Shown here one piece after another: positions 17,148 to 27,101 of a stretch of DNA of 64,000 nt; position 1 is the stretch's first letter; every line of letters begins with the position of its first letter. A program made the translations under genes and the position numbers. This DNA is from a virus. The notes beneath the pieces were generated by a model. It was given only the letters and a program-made list of their open reading frames with translations. It did no database searches and was not told the DNA's origin. The DNA is taken from the IMG/VR virus record IMGVR_UViG_3300027788_000004, positions 1-64,000 of that record, one strand, 5' to 3'.

Positions 17148-17178
17148 CGGGAATATATAAATAAAAATATCCTCATAT

Positions 17179-18477
17179 ATGGACTTTAATGCTTATTCTG
17201 ACAAAAGGCTTGCGATAGCATCATACATTGGTTTAGAATTAGATTTCTTTTGTAAATTTAGTATAAAGAAGGTTGCTGAGAAATTTTCTTCTGTACTAAA
17301 GACTCCAGTAATCGTAATAACGACCGATGAATTTACCCCAGAAAATGGAAAATTTTATATAAAAGAATCTTATAGCCTAGGAAGCGAAAGATTTTCTTTT
17401 ATATCAGCTCCTATGCCATATTCTGAATCTAGACAAACGGTTATTAAGGCCTTTTCGTTAATTAAAGAGTATTGTTATACCGATGAGACTTGTATTGCCA
17501 AGGTAGATTATTCGTATAACGAAGCTTTGATCCCTATTAGTATTAAGAAATTAGATATTCTTAAATTTATTTTAGAATTTAATGAAGATATGATGTGGAA
17601 GTTTTTTCCTAGCCAAAAGGATTCTTTATATGTCAAATCTATTAAAAATATATTGCCGCAAAATAAATTTTATCGATCTGAAAATGTAAATGTACAAGAT
17701 TTTAACTATATTTTACCAAATATGGAATTCTTCGGAGTATTATTTAATCGCGTTAAAGATGGATTCGTAGAATTTAGATATATTGGCGGTAAAGATTATG
17801 AATATAAAATTGTAGAAGCATTAGATCTTATAGGTATATACAATGGTTTTTTATCTAAATGTTTATTTATGCCTAATTATACAGATAAAAATAAAGCGGA
17901 TCTTAAGAAAATAATTAAAAGCAGCGATCGTATACTAAAGGGTTATGATTCATATGAGCATTTTGCTGAAGCATATCCTAAAATTAAATTAACTGTAGAT
18001 CTAGATACAAATCCACAGATTATTAAGTCTAAATATGCTAAATTTAGAGATCAAATTTTTGACCTATTGGCTTCATCTGATATTACTGAAGGTTCTATAA
18101 ATTATGACAGTGCAATGTCTAGAATACAAATTGAAAATGTTATAGCAAACATTTATACAATACACGAATGGGAATTTATCAATTGTGATTTGGTTATTCA
18201 ATATGCAGAAAAATGTTCTTTCTTTGAATGCAGAATAAATAATTCATCGTTAAGTGAATGTAATTTATATAGGTTTTGTAAAGTTAAAAATTCTAGACTT
18301 AGAGATACATATATAAATAGAACAAGCGAAATAGAGAATACATATATAACAGGAAAATTATCAACTATTGAAGGAATTATAAAAGGTGGCAAAATTGCTA
18401 GTGGTAGACTTGGAATTCATTCGCAAGTATCAAAACAAACGGAACTAATAGATTATACAAAAATCTATAATAAATAA
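17179..18477 (+). CDS. Amidoligase (COOH-NH2 ligase type 2)-like protein with a C-terminal beta-helix-like repeat; probably degenerate
   Basis: IGLELDFF, TDETC and VEFRYIGGKDY motifs; C-terminal repeats with about 5-residue periodicity. Confidence 0.55.
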   Translation: MDFNAYSDKRLAIASYIGLELDFFCKFSIKKVAEKFSSVLKTPVIVITTDEFTPENGKFYIKESYSLGSERFSFISAPMPYSESRQTVIKAFSLIKEYCYTDETCIAKVDYSYNEALIPISIKKLDILKFILEFNEDMMWKFFPSQKDSLYVKSIKNILPQNKFYRSENVNVQDFNYILPNMEFFGVLFNRVKDGFVEFRYIGGKDYEYKIVEALDLIGIYNGFLSKCLFMPNYTDKNKADLKKIIKSSDRILKGYDSYEHFAEAYPKIKLTVDLDTNPQIIKSKYAKFRDQIFDLLASSDITEGSINYDSAMSRIQIENVIANIYTIHEWEFINCDLVIQYAEKCSFFECRINNSSLSECNLYRFCKVKNSRLRDTYINRTSEIENTYITGKLSTIEGIIKGGKIASGRLGIHSQVSKQTELIDYTKIYNK

Positions 18478-18488
18478 AGAAACGCAAA

Positions 18489-19301
18489 ATGGGAAAAACT
18501 GATCATTTCAAAAATGTATATAATGGACAAATTCCAGAAAACCAATTAGCTCAGGATGAATTTTTAGCAGAAGTTCAACAAGAGCTAACAGTATCTTGTG
18601 CATTACCATTTAGTGTACCGGTTACTGAACTTAAGCGTATTATTAAATATGCTGCTAAATGGTTTTACAAAAAGTATGAGTATTCTGTACAGGAAAGATA
18701 TTATGTAATACCTGCAGATAACTTTGAAAAGATACCTACATACTCTCAATATGGAACTATTAAAATGCCGGATTGCATTTACTCTATCATTGCTGTTAGG
18801 CAAGTTAAAGATGGATTTAGTTTATATGATCCTATGCAAAGTATGCCTGACTTTTCATTAGAGAAAGTTTTATTTAAGGATATTTATACAATAGATGGTT
18901 CTACGGAAGCATTAATGTATGCAACCATATACCAGTATTGGATAGATTTGGCAAGTCATGTTTTATTCCATCCAATTAGTTATAATTTTAATACTAACTC
19001 TAAGGAATTAGTTTTCTTAGGAGAAAAGCCACAAAACGATGTAGTTATAACAGTATATGAAGAATTGCCAGTAGGTTATTTAATGAAAGATGAAATCTTT
19101 TTTAGATATGTTTGTGCAAAAGCAAAAACTCAATTATCTAGAGTTCTTGGTACATTTGCATTTAATTTACCTGGAGGTGTGACTATAAATTATGATTTAC
19201 TTAGAGAAGAAGGTCAAAATGCAGTAGAAAAAATTGAAGAAGAAATAAAAACAGACGAAGGAATGGATTGGTTCTTCACATCCGGAAATGATAATAAATA
19301 G
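18489..19301 (+). CDS. Neck protein (T4 gp13-like)
   Basis: FFRYVCAKAKTQLSRVLGTFAFNLPGGVTINYD...EKIEEEIK C-terminal signature. Confidence 0.8.
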   Translation: MGKTDHFKNVYNGQIPENQLAQDEFLAEVQQELTVSCALPFSVPVTELKRIIKYAAKWFYKKYEYSVQERYYVIPADNFEKIPTYSQYGTIKMPDCIYSIIAVRQVKDGFSLYDPMQSMPDFSLEKVLFKDIYTIDGSTEALMYATIYQYWIDLASHVLFHPISYNFNTNSKELVFLGEKPQNDVVITVYEELPVGYLMKDEIFFRYVCAKAKTQLSRVLGTFAFNLPGGVTINYDLLREEGQNAVEKIEEEIKTDEGMDWFFTSGNDNK

Positions 19302-19397
19302 TAAAGGATAAATATATTATGATAATATGTGAATCTATCGTTGTGGTAGATGAAATTAAAAAAATAAAATGAGTATAATACTCTTACCAGAAAACAA

Positions 19398-19760
19398 ATG
19401 TTAAACGATCTTTATGCAAGAAATCCACAAGACCCCAATTACATAGTTGGGCAATTAGAAATGGAGAACAGCTTAGAATTATTCAAACAGCAAATAGAAA
19501 ACTGTCTATTTACCTCAAAAACTATGGTTTTGGGTAATATAGATTTTGGTGCAAGTTTAGATGAGTATATATGGTCGTTTAGTTTATCGTCTTCTGCTTT
19601 GAAGGCGGCAGTCACTCAACAAATAAACACATATTGTACATTAGGTAAATACTTTTCTTACGTAGTCGATGTCGAGTTTTTTAAGGGTACTGTTAAAGAT
19701 ATTGCACAAGTATCAATAGAAATAAATGGAACTGATAAGTTTTCAGTTATAGTAGGATAA
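19398..19760 (+). CDS. Baseplate wedge/sheath initiator (gp25-like)
   Basis: QQIENCLFTSK..VLGNIDFGASLDEYIW; lies before gp6. Confidence 0.8.
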   Translation: MLNDLYARNPQDPNYIVGQLEMENSLELFKQQIENCLFTSKTMVLGNIDFGASLDEYIWSFSLSSSALKAAVTQQINTYCTLGKYFSYVVDVEFFKGTVKDIAQVSIEINGTDKFSVIVG

Positions 19761-19776
19761 AAACATAAAACATTAA

Positions 19777-21618
19777 ATGGCATTAGGAAATACAAATAAT
19801 AATTTTCTCGAAAAAAGTAAAATTAGATTTAGCGACTTAGTTAATCAAACTCAAGATTACTTAGTTAGGACTTATCAGAAGGCTAAGGCAACGTTTACGC
19901 CAGCATCTCCGTTTGGTCAAATACTTTCTGTATTACAGAATTTAACTCAAATGGTTTTCTATTATATAGAAGATGCGATCGTAGAATTAAATATATTTAC
20001 TGCGTTTAAGGAGCGATCAGTATACGGATTAGCTAGATTAGCTGGACATAATCCAACTAGGGCTATCAGCGCAAGAGGTACGTTTGCAATGAATATAAAA
20101 ACAGGTGCCCAAGGAGAATTAGGAATTCCTTATTTATTCGTTACTAATAATACTCGTATAATGAATGAAAACACAGGGTTAACTTATCTTGTTAAGGTAG
20201 ATAATGTTCAAGGGAAAATAAAAATTGATTTGACAGTTAATGACATATTTTATTTTAGAGTTATTCAAGGTGAAGTAGAAGAACAAACCGTTATTGCAAA
20301 TGGTTCTAATTTACAGAGTTATAATTTCAATTCTCCAAAATCAATAGAACAAGATAATGTTTTTGTATTTGTTAATGGTGAACAATATGGAATTGTAGAT
20401 TCGCTTTACGATATGACTAAAGATGAAAAATCATGCATATTAAAAACCGGAATTAACGATGGAATAGATGTTTATTTTGGTAACGAAGATTTTGGATACG
20501 TTCCTACTAACGGATCAAATATAACTGTTGAATATATTACAACAGCAGGTATTCGAGGAAATCTTTACGCAAATTCTGATATATTAACTTGGAAATTTAT
20601 GGATAAAGGTTCTAGTAATATAGGAGAAGAAGTTGATCTTAACGAAGTTTTTAATGTAAGTGTAGCAGCACCGTTAGTTTTAGGTTCTCCGGAAGAAAGT
20701 TTAGATTTAACTAGATTAATTGCCCCAAGAACTTCTAGAGCTTTAGTTCTTGCTAATTCAGATAATTATATAGCGTTTTTATCTAGATTCGATTTTTCTT
20801 ATGTTAATGCATATAATACGTATGACGATGAATATCTAGATGATGACAATGTAGTTTATTTATTTTTAGTACCAAACGTTCAAAGTAAATTATCGCTGGA
20901 TACCGATTATTATACCACGGCAGAATCTAATTTTGTTTTATCACAAGATGAAAAGAAAGCACTAATAACATACATACAAAAAAGCGGAAGACAGGTTGTT
21001 TCTACTGAATTGAGTGTAGTTGATCCTATAATTACAAGATACGAGTTAAATGTTTCTTTAAGAATCTTTTCTGGAGTAGATACTGATAGTTTACGTAGTG
21101 ATATTCTTGCATTATTAGCATCATACTTTATTAATGTTCAACGTAGAGATAAGATTCCTAAATCTGATATAGTTGCTTTATTAGAAACAGTTAGTGGTAT
21201 TGATTCAGTGAATATAGAATTTATTTCACAAGTAAACGAAGAGGCATTAATTAATGGATATTATTATAAGACTACTTACGAAATAGATGCAATCAGGTCT
21301 ATCAGAACTCCAATAACTACTAAAGTTATGCTGCAACGAAGTGCTGTTACTACCGCAGAACCTAACGGAACCGTTATAGAGAATCCTCAATTAGGTTTAG
21401 ATAAATTTGGAGACATTGAAATAGGACTTAATGAAATGCCTATTATACGAGGTGGATGGACCGACCACAATGGAGTATACATAAATACAGATATTAAAAA
21501 TAACAATATAGCATCAGTTAATATCATGATCGATGAAATAATTCCTGAGAATCTTTCTCAACAAATTATGACACAAAATAAAAACATCTTAATGAGTAAT
21601 GAAAGAAAAAAATCCTAA
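19777..21618 (+). CDS. Baseplate wedge subunit (gp6/baseplate J-like)
   Basis: SVYGLARLAGHNP, VYFGNEDFGYVP, VEYITTAGIRGN, RALVLANSDNY motifs. Confidence 0.85.
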   Translation: MALGNTNNNFLEKSKIRFSDLVNQTQDYLVRTYQKAKATFTPASPFGQILSVLQNLTQMVFYYIEDAIVELNIFTAFKERSVYGLARLAGHNPTRAISARGTFAMNIKTGAQGELGIPYLFVTNNTRIMNENTGLTYLVKVDNVQGKIKIDLTVNDIFYFRVIQGEVEEQTVIANGSNLQSYNFNSPKSIEQDNVFVFVNGEQYGIVDSLYDMTKDEKSCILKTGINDGIDVYFGNEDFGYVPTNGSNITVEYITTAGIRGNLYANSDILTWKFMDKGSSNIGEEVDLNEVFNVSVAAPLVLGSPEESLDLTRLIAPRTSRALVLANSDNYIAFLSRFDFSYVNAYNTYDDEYLDDDNVVYLFLVPNVQSKLSLDTDYYTTAESNFVLSQDEKKALITYIQKSGRQVVSTELSVVDPIITRYELNVSLRIFSGVDTDSLRSDILALLASYFINVQRRDKIPKSDIVALLETVSGIDSVNIEFISQVNEEALINGYYYKTTYEIDAIRSIRTPITTKVMLQRSAVTTAEPNGTVIENPQLGLDKFGDIEIGLNEMPIIRGGWTDHNGVYINTDIKNNNIASVNIMIDEIIPENLSQQIMTQNKNILMSNERKKS

Positions 21619-21856
21619 GAATTTATATAGCAAGGCTTTAGAGTTTGGTGTTAAACGTCTCCATAAAGGATTCGACTATCATCAAGAAGATATCATAGTG
21701 AAAAGGACTATGATGCCAAGATTTCAAAGTAACGAACCAATAAGAAAATTTTTATCTTATGTTAATGATGTTGTTGTAGAGCAAATAGATGCGGTTAAAG
21801 TAATTAGAACATATTTTAATTTCACAGTTCCTAAAAATGATAAGAATATAAACTAA
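21599..21856 (+). CDS. Hypothetical protein in the baseplate operon
   Basis: 85 aa ORF bridging the gp6 and gp7-like genes. Confidence 0.6.
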   Translation: MKEKNPKNLYSKALEFGVKRLHKGFDYHQEDIIVKRTMMPRFQSNEPIRKFLSYVNDVVVEQIDAVKVIRTYFNFTVPKNDKNIN

Positions 21857-21860
21857 TATA

Positions 21861-24800
21861 ATGAGCTTAAAGAGACAAAATTATTCATGGTGGAGATTTT
21901 TTGATAAGGCTGGAGATAACTGCAACTTTACATATAACGAAGATCTTGATAAATGGACAGGTACTATTTATTTAGATAAAGTTTCTACTGATCTAATTGA
22001 ATACGAACCATTATACGTTTTACAGGAAGCTGAAACTCCAGTTCCTATGAACGCAGGTAATCTATACAGCCCAAAGAAATTAAATTTATCTTCTTGGTGT
22101 CCAGGAGCTACATATAATAATATACTCGCGAGGTGGAAAGATACTGAAGCTGGTTCTACATACTCTAACGTTCCTGAATTATTTTTATGGTCTATTGAAA
22201 ATTATCCAGGACCTACACCAACTGTAATTAAACATGATAGCTTAGATATAACATTAGATTCTAATGCTTTAGATTTAGTTGGTCCAGTTATACCTCCTGT
22301 TGGTGGCCTAACCGGTGGTACTGGTCAAGCTGTTGGTACATCGCCAGGTAGTACTTGGAATGCTGAGGCATTGTCTATCAGAGTAGGATTGCAATCTAAG
22401 AATGAAGATTCGTATTCGAGGACTTTACAACTAATAGATCCTAATTATTTATATGAAATTGGACCTAGTCCTAATAACTTTGGTTGTACTGCAGGAATTG
22501 GAGTAACTAGTATTGGTGCAACTCATGTATTTGCAGAAATTACATTTTACGGAGAAACTGAAGGTGAAGATGATCGATTAGAAACGATGATCGAAAATTT
22601 TGGATCAACTATAAATAATTCAGATTTTAAGATTTTTGATGATGTGGATATTAATGAAATTTTACCTGATTATATTAAATTAAATGCTAAAAGAAAGGAG
22701 CTATTATTAGAATGGGATAATATATTTCCTTTCACGGGTTCATACAAAGCTTTAATCAACATACTAAAATGGTTTGGGTACGACCAAGTTACTCTTAAAG
22801 AATACTGGCTAAATATCGATGAATATCTTGGAAAAAACGAAGCTGAAGAATCGAGAATACGATATAAGCAAACTCCTATTGAAGATTTATTTAGTACAGA
22901 GCCTAAAACTGCTTTAATGGGTGATGCGACAATGATACCTAATAAAGTTTATAAAAAGACTTCTAAATTTGGTTTATTTTATGACATAACTCGAGATAGT
23001 GGAAGCTTTGATGATGATGGTATACCTATTGTAGAAGAAGCATTCTTATTTAGTAATGAGGAAGTTCTTATAAAGTTATTTGCATTAAAACAAAAACTTA
23101 AAAATTATTTCTTACCTCTAAATGCAAGGATTGTTGATATCATTGGAGAGGCTGTTTACTATGCTCGATACGATGTAAATATATGGAATGATGTTTGTAG
23201 AATTGATGATATAGAATTAAACATAAATCCATGTGTTAAATTTATGCCAGAAGATGGATGTAGTTTAATAACTGACTTAGCACCTAATAATTTTATTGGA
23301 ATAAAAATACCACCAAATTTGAATATGGCTGGAAATACTCCATTCCTAGTTGAACAATTTGGTTTTACCGCTAACAACATTGGAGGTATACCTCTTAATA
23401 ATGCTGCGTATGGTGATACTTGGACATGGACTGATCAAGTGACTGGTGCTACATTAACATATACTAATACTTTAGTTGGAGCAACCCTAGGACAAATTAT
23501 ATCAGGGATGGCAGATCTTTGGAATTCCCAAACAATAGAACCTTTTAGTTCGTTTCAAGCTATGACTGGAGCAACCGGGACAGATGAGTGGGGTGTTATT
23601 GTTTCTTGGCCTGGAGGAACTGCATCTACTAATGGACCAACAGCAACTATGAATATCGGAACGTATGAATGGTTAACCGTTACACAAACTAGTATAGTAG
23701 GACCAACCGGTGGATCTGGACTAGGACCTATCGTTGGTGGAGCTCCTACTGGAGCATTATCATTTTGGACAGTATCTGCTTCTCCTGGAGCAACTAACGT
23801 TGGAGGTACTCACGGTCTACCAGCATTTGGTTCGGTTCCACCAGCATATCCTATCATATGGCATCTTCTAGGAGATGGTCCTCTTGCACAATACTCTAGC
23901 GCCTTTATGGGATGGTTTGGTAATAGTAATAGATCTATATATGATTTACCAGATGATCCATGTGCACCAATTGCAGCTCCATTTGTTTTAGAAAATTGTT
24001 CGTTTGAGTTAAATTGGGAAGATGCGAAAGTTACATATAATCAAGTAGATTGGGTACCTACATTGGCAGGTCCAACTCAATATCTGAATTTCTCAGGATA
24101 CGATTATACTTACATAGAAAGTTCATATCCGTTAGGATCTACAAATTCGTATGGACAAACTAGCACAGTATCTGAAGGTAGTGTTTTTGATCCACCTAAT
24201 TTCGGTAATTCAGGATGGCCTTTCTATAATACAGGAACTTATACATGGGGTCCTTATTTACCTGGATGTACATTTGGTTGTGGCCCAACTCCAGGAAGTC
24301 CTTATAACTGGAATGGTGGACCGACTATGAATTTCGGTATGACAAGCAGTATATTAGGTCCTACCGCAACATTTACTCCATGGAACAATCCGGTTGTTTA
24401 TAATTGGAATAATATAGGAAATGGAAACTTCTATGAATTAGAATGGATAATAACACATGATACTAGCGATTATACAGTTGAGAGTGGTTTATTAAGTTTA
24501 GAAGATGGAAATCAATTCCCAATTTTATTAGATTTAACTGGTACATATACAGTAGAATTAAGAATATATGATAGCACTGGTGGTTTTTCTAGATGGATAG
24601 AAAAAGCTGCTCTATGTGTTAATACAAAGGATTTAGACTTTATAGGACATTATCGTTCTAGAGTGTGTGATTATCAATGGGATACTAAAACGATCACTAG
24701 ACAAAGCGATATAGTCCCTGCTCCACCAAAACCAAATCTTCCAACATACGAAATGTATAATAGTACATGGAATTTACCTGTACAAGAGAATGAGCAAATG

Positions 24801-26477
24801 AGTATGCAAGATTTAACATACAACGATCTAGATAGAATTGAATTTTATCAAACACAGAATGATCCTGCAAATCAAGGATATTGTGATAGCATAGCTACAC
24901 TTCCATTAATACCAGGAACTGAACCATCATCTGGATTAAACGATTTAGATGCATATAAATGGAACTTAATAGAAGATACTGCTACATGGGCAGAAATGTG
25001 CCATCTATGGTGGGATATAACAGGACCTAAGATTACACAAATAAGTTTATCAGGTGGACCTGGTCTTATTCCATGGGACCTAGGCCCAAATATCGCGTTG
25101 AATTATTATGACAATTATATTATCCTAGTTGATGAAAGTATTTATAAGACACCTAATTCAGTTAACTCGTTTGTTAGAACAGTACCTAATATAAACCAAA
25201 TAATAGCTAATACAAATAGTACTTATGGAGATTATATAATAAATATGGATCCATTGGGTGATGGATATCCAACAAATGTATATCAATATCAGGGAGGTGG
25301 ACTTGGAGTTATTGGTGGTACTTCTTGGGTTAAGGTAGACGTAACTGGAGAAATTGATTGGATTGGAATTCAAGATCCTTCATTTGGAGGTACGTTAACA
25401 ACCCCTATTTTGCAAATTAAGGAAGTTGTAAGACAAATCAATATGGAATTAGAAACAAATCCAGGATATACTGCACATCCATTATTTGATAAGTATATAA
25501 CATATTATGAAGAAGAATATCAAGATCCTCTCAATCCGTTAGTACCTTATATTAGATTTGTATCTAAAAAACAATCTACTAATAAAAAGCATAAATTGCA
25601 AATCTTCTCGGCTAATACGTCGAGTAATCCAATGACTGGTATACTACTTGTAGATCAATCTACTAATGCTGCAGATTACGAATTATATTCATACATATCC
25701 AAAAACTTTGGAGATATGGGAGACATTCCGGTTACATTTGAAATCTTCGCAGTTGGTGCAAGTGGAGGTGTTATCACTATTCCTGGTCCAAGTACTTGGT
25801 TAGATAATTATGGAAATGAAGTTAATGGTATTACTGGATGGAATTATGGATTTACTGCTACTGGAATTTCTGCTTTATATACTGCATTAACTAATGTGAG
25901 TCAAGGATTAAATATATCAGGAACTGGAGCAAGTGGAGTTACTGGTCCTATACTTAATTATGGCTTTAATATGGTGTATGGAGCTTCTGGATATACCGGA
26001 GGAACTGGACCTACTGCTCAACCACCTTCTGGTTTAGTTCCTATTAAAATACAAGCATCTATAGATTATTTCTCTAGTTATGATGATCAATGCGTTTCAT
26101 TTACTGCTTCTGGTGTTACTGGTGCAACTAGCTGGGTTCTTGGCGGAACATCCGGAATTGCAGGAACTATGTGTGGAAGGTCTATCACATCAAATTCTAC
26201 ATGGAATACTTTACGTATTCATAAATATACAAGTGAGTTCCCAATACTCACCCAAATTCAATTTAATTATAGTCTTTCTCCTATGGAAGGTAAGACTTAT
26301 CCATCATGGACGTTGATTAAGGAAAATGATAATAATTGGGAGAATATATACTATAATAATCCATACTTCAGTTATCTGTTTACTCAGAAAGGAAGCTACA
26401 CACTTGAGCTGAATGTTACGGATAATAACGGAAATAGTAAAACAAAAACTAAAAAAGAATTCATAAAAATTATTTAA
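21861..26477 (+). CDS. Large baseplate wedge protein (gp7/P2 gpI-like segment) with PKD-like domains
   Basis: GSYKALINILKWFGY and LKQKLKNYFLPLNARI wedge motifs; two PKD-like ends (GTYTVELRIYD, GSYTLELNVTDNNGN). Confidence 0.6.
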   Translation: MSLKRQNYSWWRFFDKAGDNCNFTYNEDLDKWTGTIYLDKVSTDLIEYEPLYVLQEAETPVPMNAGNLYSPKKLNLSSWCPGATYNNILARWKDTEAGSTYSNVPELFLWSIENYPGPTPTVIKHDSLDITLDSNALDLVGPVIPPVGGLTGGTGQAVGTSPGSTWNAEALSIRVGLQSKNEDSYSRTLQLIDPNYLYEIGPSPNNFGCTAGIGVTSIGATHVFAEITFYGETEGEDDRLETMIENFGSTINNSDFKIFDDVDINEILPDYIKLNAKRKELLLEWDNIFPFTGSYKALINILKWFGYDQVTLKEYWLNIDEYLGKNEAEESRIRYKQTPIEDLFSTEPKTALMGDATMIPNKVYKKTSKFGLFYDITRDSGSFDDDGIPIVEEAFLFSNEEVLIKLFALKQKLKNYFLPLNARIVDIIGEAVYYARYDVNIWNDVCRIDDIELNINPCVKFMPEDGCSLITDLAPNNFIGIKIPPNLNMAGNTPFLVEQFGFTANNIGGIPLNNAAYGDTWTWTDQVTGATLTYTNTLVGATLGQIISGMADLWNSQTIEPFSSFQAMTGATGTDEWGVIVSWPGGTASTNGPTATMNIGTYEWLTVTQTSIVGPTGGSGLGPIVGGAPTGALSFWTVSASPGATNVGGTHGLPAFGSVPPAYPIIWHLLGDGPLAQYSSAFMGWFGNSNRSIYDLPDDPCAPIAAPFVLENCSFELNWEDAKVTYNQVDWVPTLAGPTQYLNFSGYDYTYIESSYPLGSTNSYGQTSTVSEGSVFDPPNFGNSGWPFYNTGTYTWGPYLPGCTFGCGPTPGSPYNWNGGPTMNFGMTSSILGPTATFTPWNNPVVYNWNNIGNGNFYELEWIITHDTSDYTVESGLLSLEDGNQFPILLDLTGTYTVELRIYDSTGGFSRWIEKAALCVNTKDLDFIGHYRSRVCDYQWDTKTITRQSDIVPAPPKPNLPTYEMYNSTWNLPVQENEQMSMQDLTYNDLDRIEFYQTQNDPANQGYCDSIATLPLIPGTEPSSGLNDLDAYKWNLIEDTATWAEMCHLWWDITGPKITQISLSGGPGLIPWDLGPNIALNYYDNYIILVDESIYKTPNSVNSFVRTVPNINQIIANTNSTYGDYIINMDPLGDGYPTNVYQYQGGGLGVIGGTSWVKVDVTGEIDWIGIQDPSFGGTLTTPILQIKEVVRQINMELETNPGYTAHPLFDKYITYYEEEYQDPLNPLVPYIRFVSKKQSTNKKHKLQIFSANTSSNPMTGILLVDQSTNAADYELYSYISKNFGDMGDIPVTFEIFAVGASGGVITIPGPSTWLDNYGNEVNGITGWNYGFTATGISALYTALTNVSQGLNISGTGASGVTGPILNYGFNMVYGASGYTGGTGPTAQPPSGLVPIKIQASIDYFSSYDDQCVSFTASGVTGATSWVLGGTSGIAGTMCGRSITSNSTWNTLRIHKYTSEFPILTQIQFNYSLSPMEGKTYPSWTLIKENDNNWENIYYNNPYFSYLFTQKGSYTLELNVTDNNGNSKTKTKKEFIKII

Positions 26478-26481
26478 GAAA

Positions 26482-27081
26482 ATGGCAGTAACAACTACAA
26501 CGATTGCAGGAACTGATTCACTTAGCGGATCCAGAATAACAATCAACGATAACTTCAAAACATTGGAGAACGCATTAAACAGCGTACTAAGTGCATTTGA
26601 TATTGTATCAGGGAGGTTTGATAACTCTGTATATGGGAGTGCAAATGATATTATAACAAACGGAATAACAATTAACGGTTCAGCTTTAACGAATGCATTA
26701 GTAGTAAATAATGGAAACATTAATCTTTTACTTGGTGATGTTAAAGTTGGTACAACTTATGGATTCTATGTTGGAAGTTTACTTCAACTAGATAAGTATA
26801 GTTTAGGCTTAACTGCTGCTGGTGGAACTTATCCAACATGGGATATGCGTAGTCCAGGTGGTACTTCTGATACAGTTGGTGGTGTAGTTTTACCTCACTT
26901 AACTGCAATTGGTTTTACATCGGTTGCTGGTGGAATTGCCGGTGGTGCTACTCCAGCTAATGGAACTATGATATTTACAGATTATGGAGGAGGTAATACA
27001 AACACACCTTTGAAAATCTGGTGGGATGGTGGTACTGCTGGTGCAACATGGTACGCTGTACAAGTTGTTCCTAACATTTAA
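26482..27081 (+). CDS. Virion structural protein with a baseplate-attachment-type N-terminus
   Basis: DSLSGSRITINDNFKTL N-terminal motif; G/T-rich. Confidence 0.55.
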   Translation: MAVTTTTIAGTDSLSGSRITINDNFKTLENALNSVLSAFDIVSGRFDNSVYGSANDIITNGITINGSALTNALVVNNGNINLLLGDVKVGTTYGFYVGSLLQLDKYSLGLTAAGGTYPTWDMRSPGGTSDTVGGVVLPHLTAIGFTSVAGGIAGGATPANGTMIFTDYGGGNTNTPLKIWWDGGTAGATWYAVQVVPNI

Positions 27082-27101
27082 TAAAATAAAATAAATAATA
27101 G

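Noticed and set aside
16637-17176. 179 aa minus-strand ORF
   Set aside because: Antisense to the well-supported S1 gene, with shadow-type composition
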